From IMG/VR virus record IMGVR_UViG_3300025152_000065, positions 1 through 26,504 of that record: a DNA stretch of 26,504 nucleotides; one strand, 5' to 3'. Positions within the stretch are counted from its first letter, which is position 1, and every line of letters begins with the position of its first letter. Under the pieces are notes generated by a model. That model did not search any database and was not told the origin of the DNA. It saw nothing but the letters and a program-made list of their open reading frames with translations. Both the position numbers and the translations under genes were made by a program. Below are positions 25,820 through 26,504 of this stretch, in pieces. The DNA is from a virus. Taxonomy: Duplodnaviria; Caudoviricetes.

Positions 25820-26504
25820 ACAAACAAATCAAACCCAATTTTGTTCCTACCTGGGCAGAAAACGGAACGAATGTGACCGCTCCTTCTGTCGGTCAGGCGG
25901 ATGTAGGGCTAAACCCGGCAACCTTTCGCAGTCTGTTGGGGGACCACTTCAACCATCTTTTCCGGGAAATTTACCGCTGGATCCGGTTTTTGTCTCGGAC
26001 CTCCAGCCCTAAAGACGAAATCCTTTCGACCCGTGTGGCGGTGGAAGATTCCATGCAGTCCGCCACCATTTGGTACGACTCCGCCTTGGGGGTGTTTAAA
26101 GACGCAGCCGGGGCCCCAGTGGTTTTGCCTGCCGGGGCGAGGGTGCGGGTTGACGGGGTGGACGCCTTGACCGCCGACTTGGTGTTCCCCGCTGCCGTGG
26201 AGCTGGAGTTTATGGCCGAGGTCAACCTTGGCGGCCACGGCCTGACCTTGGCCGACGTTCGGGGCGAAATCCGGGCGACCGGCGGCACCGTCACCTTGGG
26301 CGGCAACAGCGAGGCAACCAAGATCAGCGGGGCAGCCCTGACCGTCACCCAAGGGCCGGGGTTTTCGGGGAGTTACTTTTTGAACGGGGTGCTGACCAGC
26401 CCCGCCGAGGCGGCGCAGGACAGCCGGATCGAGGTTTTGGGGGGCCGGAAAAACCGTCTGGACAACGGCTGGATGGACCTGTGGCAGCGGGGGACGGATA
26501 CGGG
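25816..26504 (+). CDS. Tail fibre protein, partial (runs off the window end)
   Basis: ATG 25816 overlapping the previous stop; MNKQIKPNFVPTWAENG...HFNHLFREIYRWIRFL N-terminus and RKNRLDNGWMDLWQRG motif; open to the end. Confidence 0.8.
   Translation, partial: MNKQIKPNFVPTWAENGTNVTAPSVGQADVGLNPATFRSLLGDHFNHLFREIYRWIRFLSRTSSPKDEILSTRVAVEDSMQSATIWYDSALGVFKDAAGAPVVLPAGARVRVDGVDALTADLVFPAAVELEFMAEVNLGGHGLTLADVRGEIRATGGTVTLGGNSEATKISGAALTVTQGPGFSGSYFLNGVLTSPAEAAQDSRIEVLGGRKNRLDNGWMDLWQRGTDT

Larger units (their letters stand above)
1..26504 (+). mobile_element. Part of a linear-type phage-plasmid (myovirus morphogenesis, partition genes, protelomerase)
   Basis: parA, repeat arrays, protelomerase and a head/contractile-tail operon together; no integrase or host genes seen. 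Confidence 0.85.

Noticed and set aside
378-26352. Numerous minus-strand and alternate-frame ORFs
   Set aside because: They are shadows of the densely packed + strand genes and have no recognisable motifs
9357-26504. Tailocin, eCIS, T6SS or encapsulin locus
   Set aside because: Portal, terminase, protease, capsid and neck genes accompany the tail, indicating a phage

Overview
All genes in this window lie on the + strand and belong to a myovirus-like phage-plasmid, probably of a Gram-negative host. From left to right: (1) two arrays of related 8-bp direct repeats flanking a near-consensus sigma70 promoter, resembling a centromere/operator; (2) a maintenance operon with a small ORF, a type Ib ParA, a probable centromere-binding partner, a protein with repeated helical modules, a small membrane protein and a protelomerase (telomere resolvase), followed by an AT-rich imperfect inverted repeat; (3) a virion morphogenesis operon with an RHH protein, DUF1073-type portal, terminase large subunit, two membrane proteins, DUF2213 protease/scaffold, decoration protein, DUF2184 capsid, neck proteins, a frameshifted DUF3383 sheath, two tube paralogs, an outer-membrane beta-barrel, a tail chaperone with a -1 slippery site, tape measure, baseplate genes and a tail fibre cut by the window end. 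The main observation is that TerL keeps its ATPase motifs but appears to have lost the catalytic acidic residues of its nuclease domain, no small terminase is evident, and a protelomerase sits just upstream of the packaging genes. This suggests (inference) a phage that packages protelomerase-made, unit-length, hairpin-ended genomes without cutting. Family assignments are from motif recognition by eye, not database searches.
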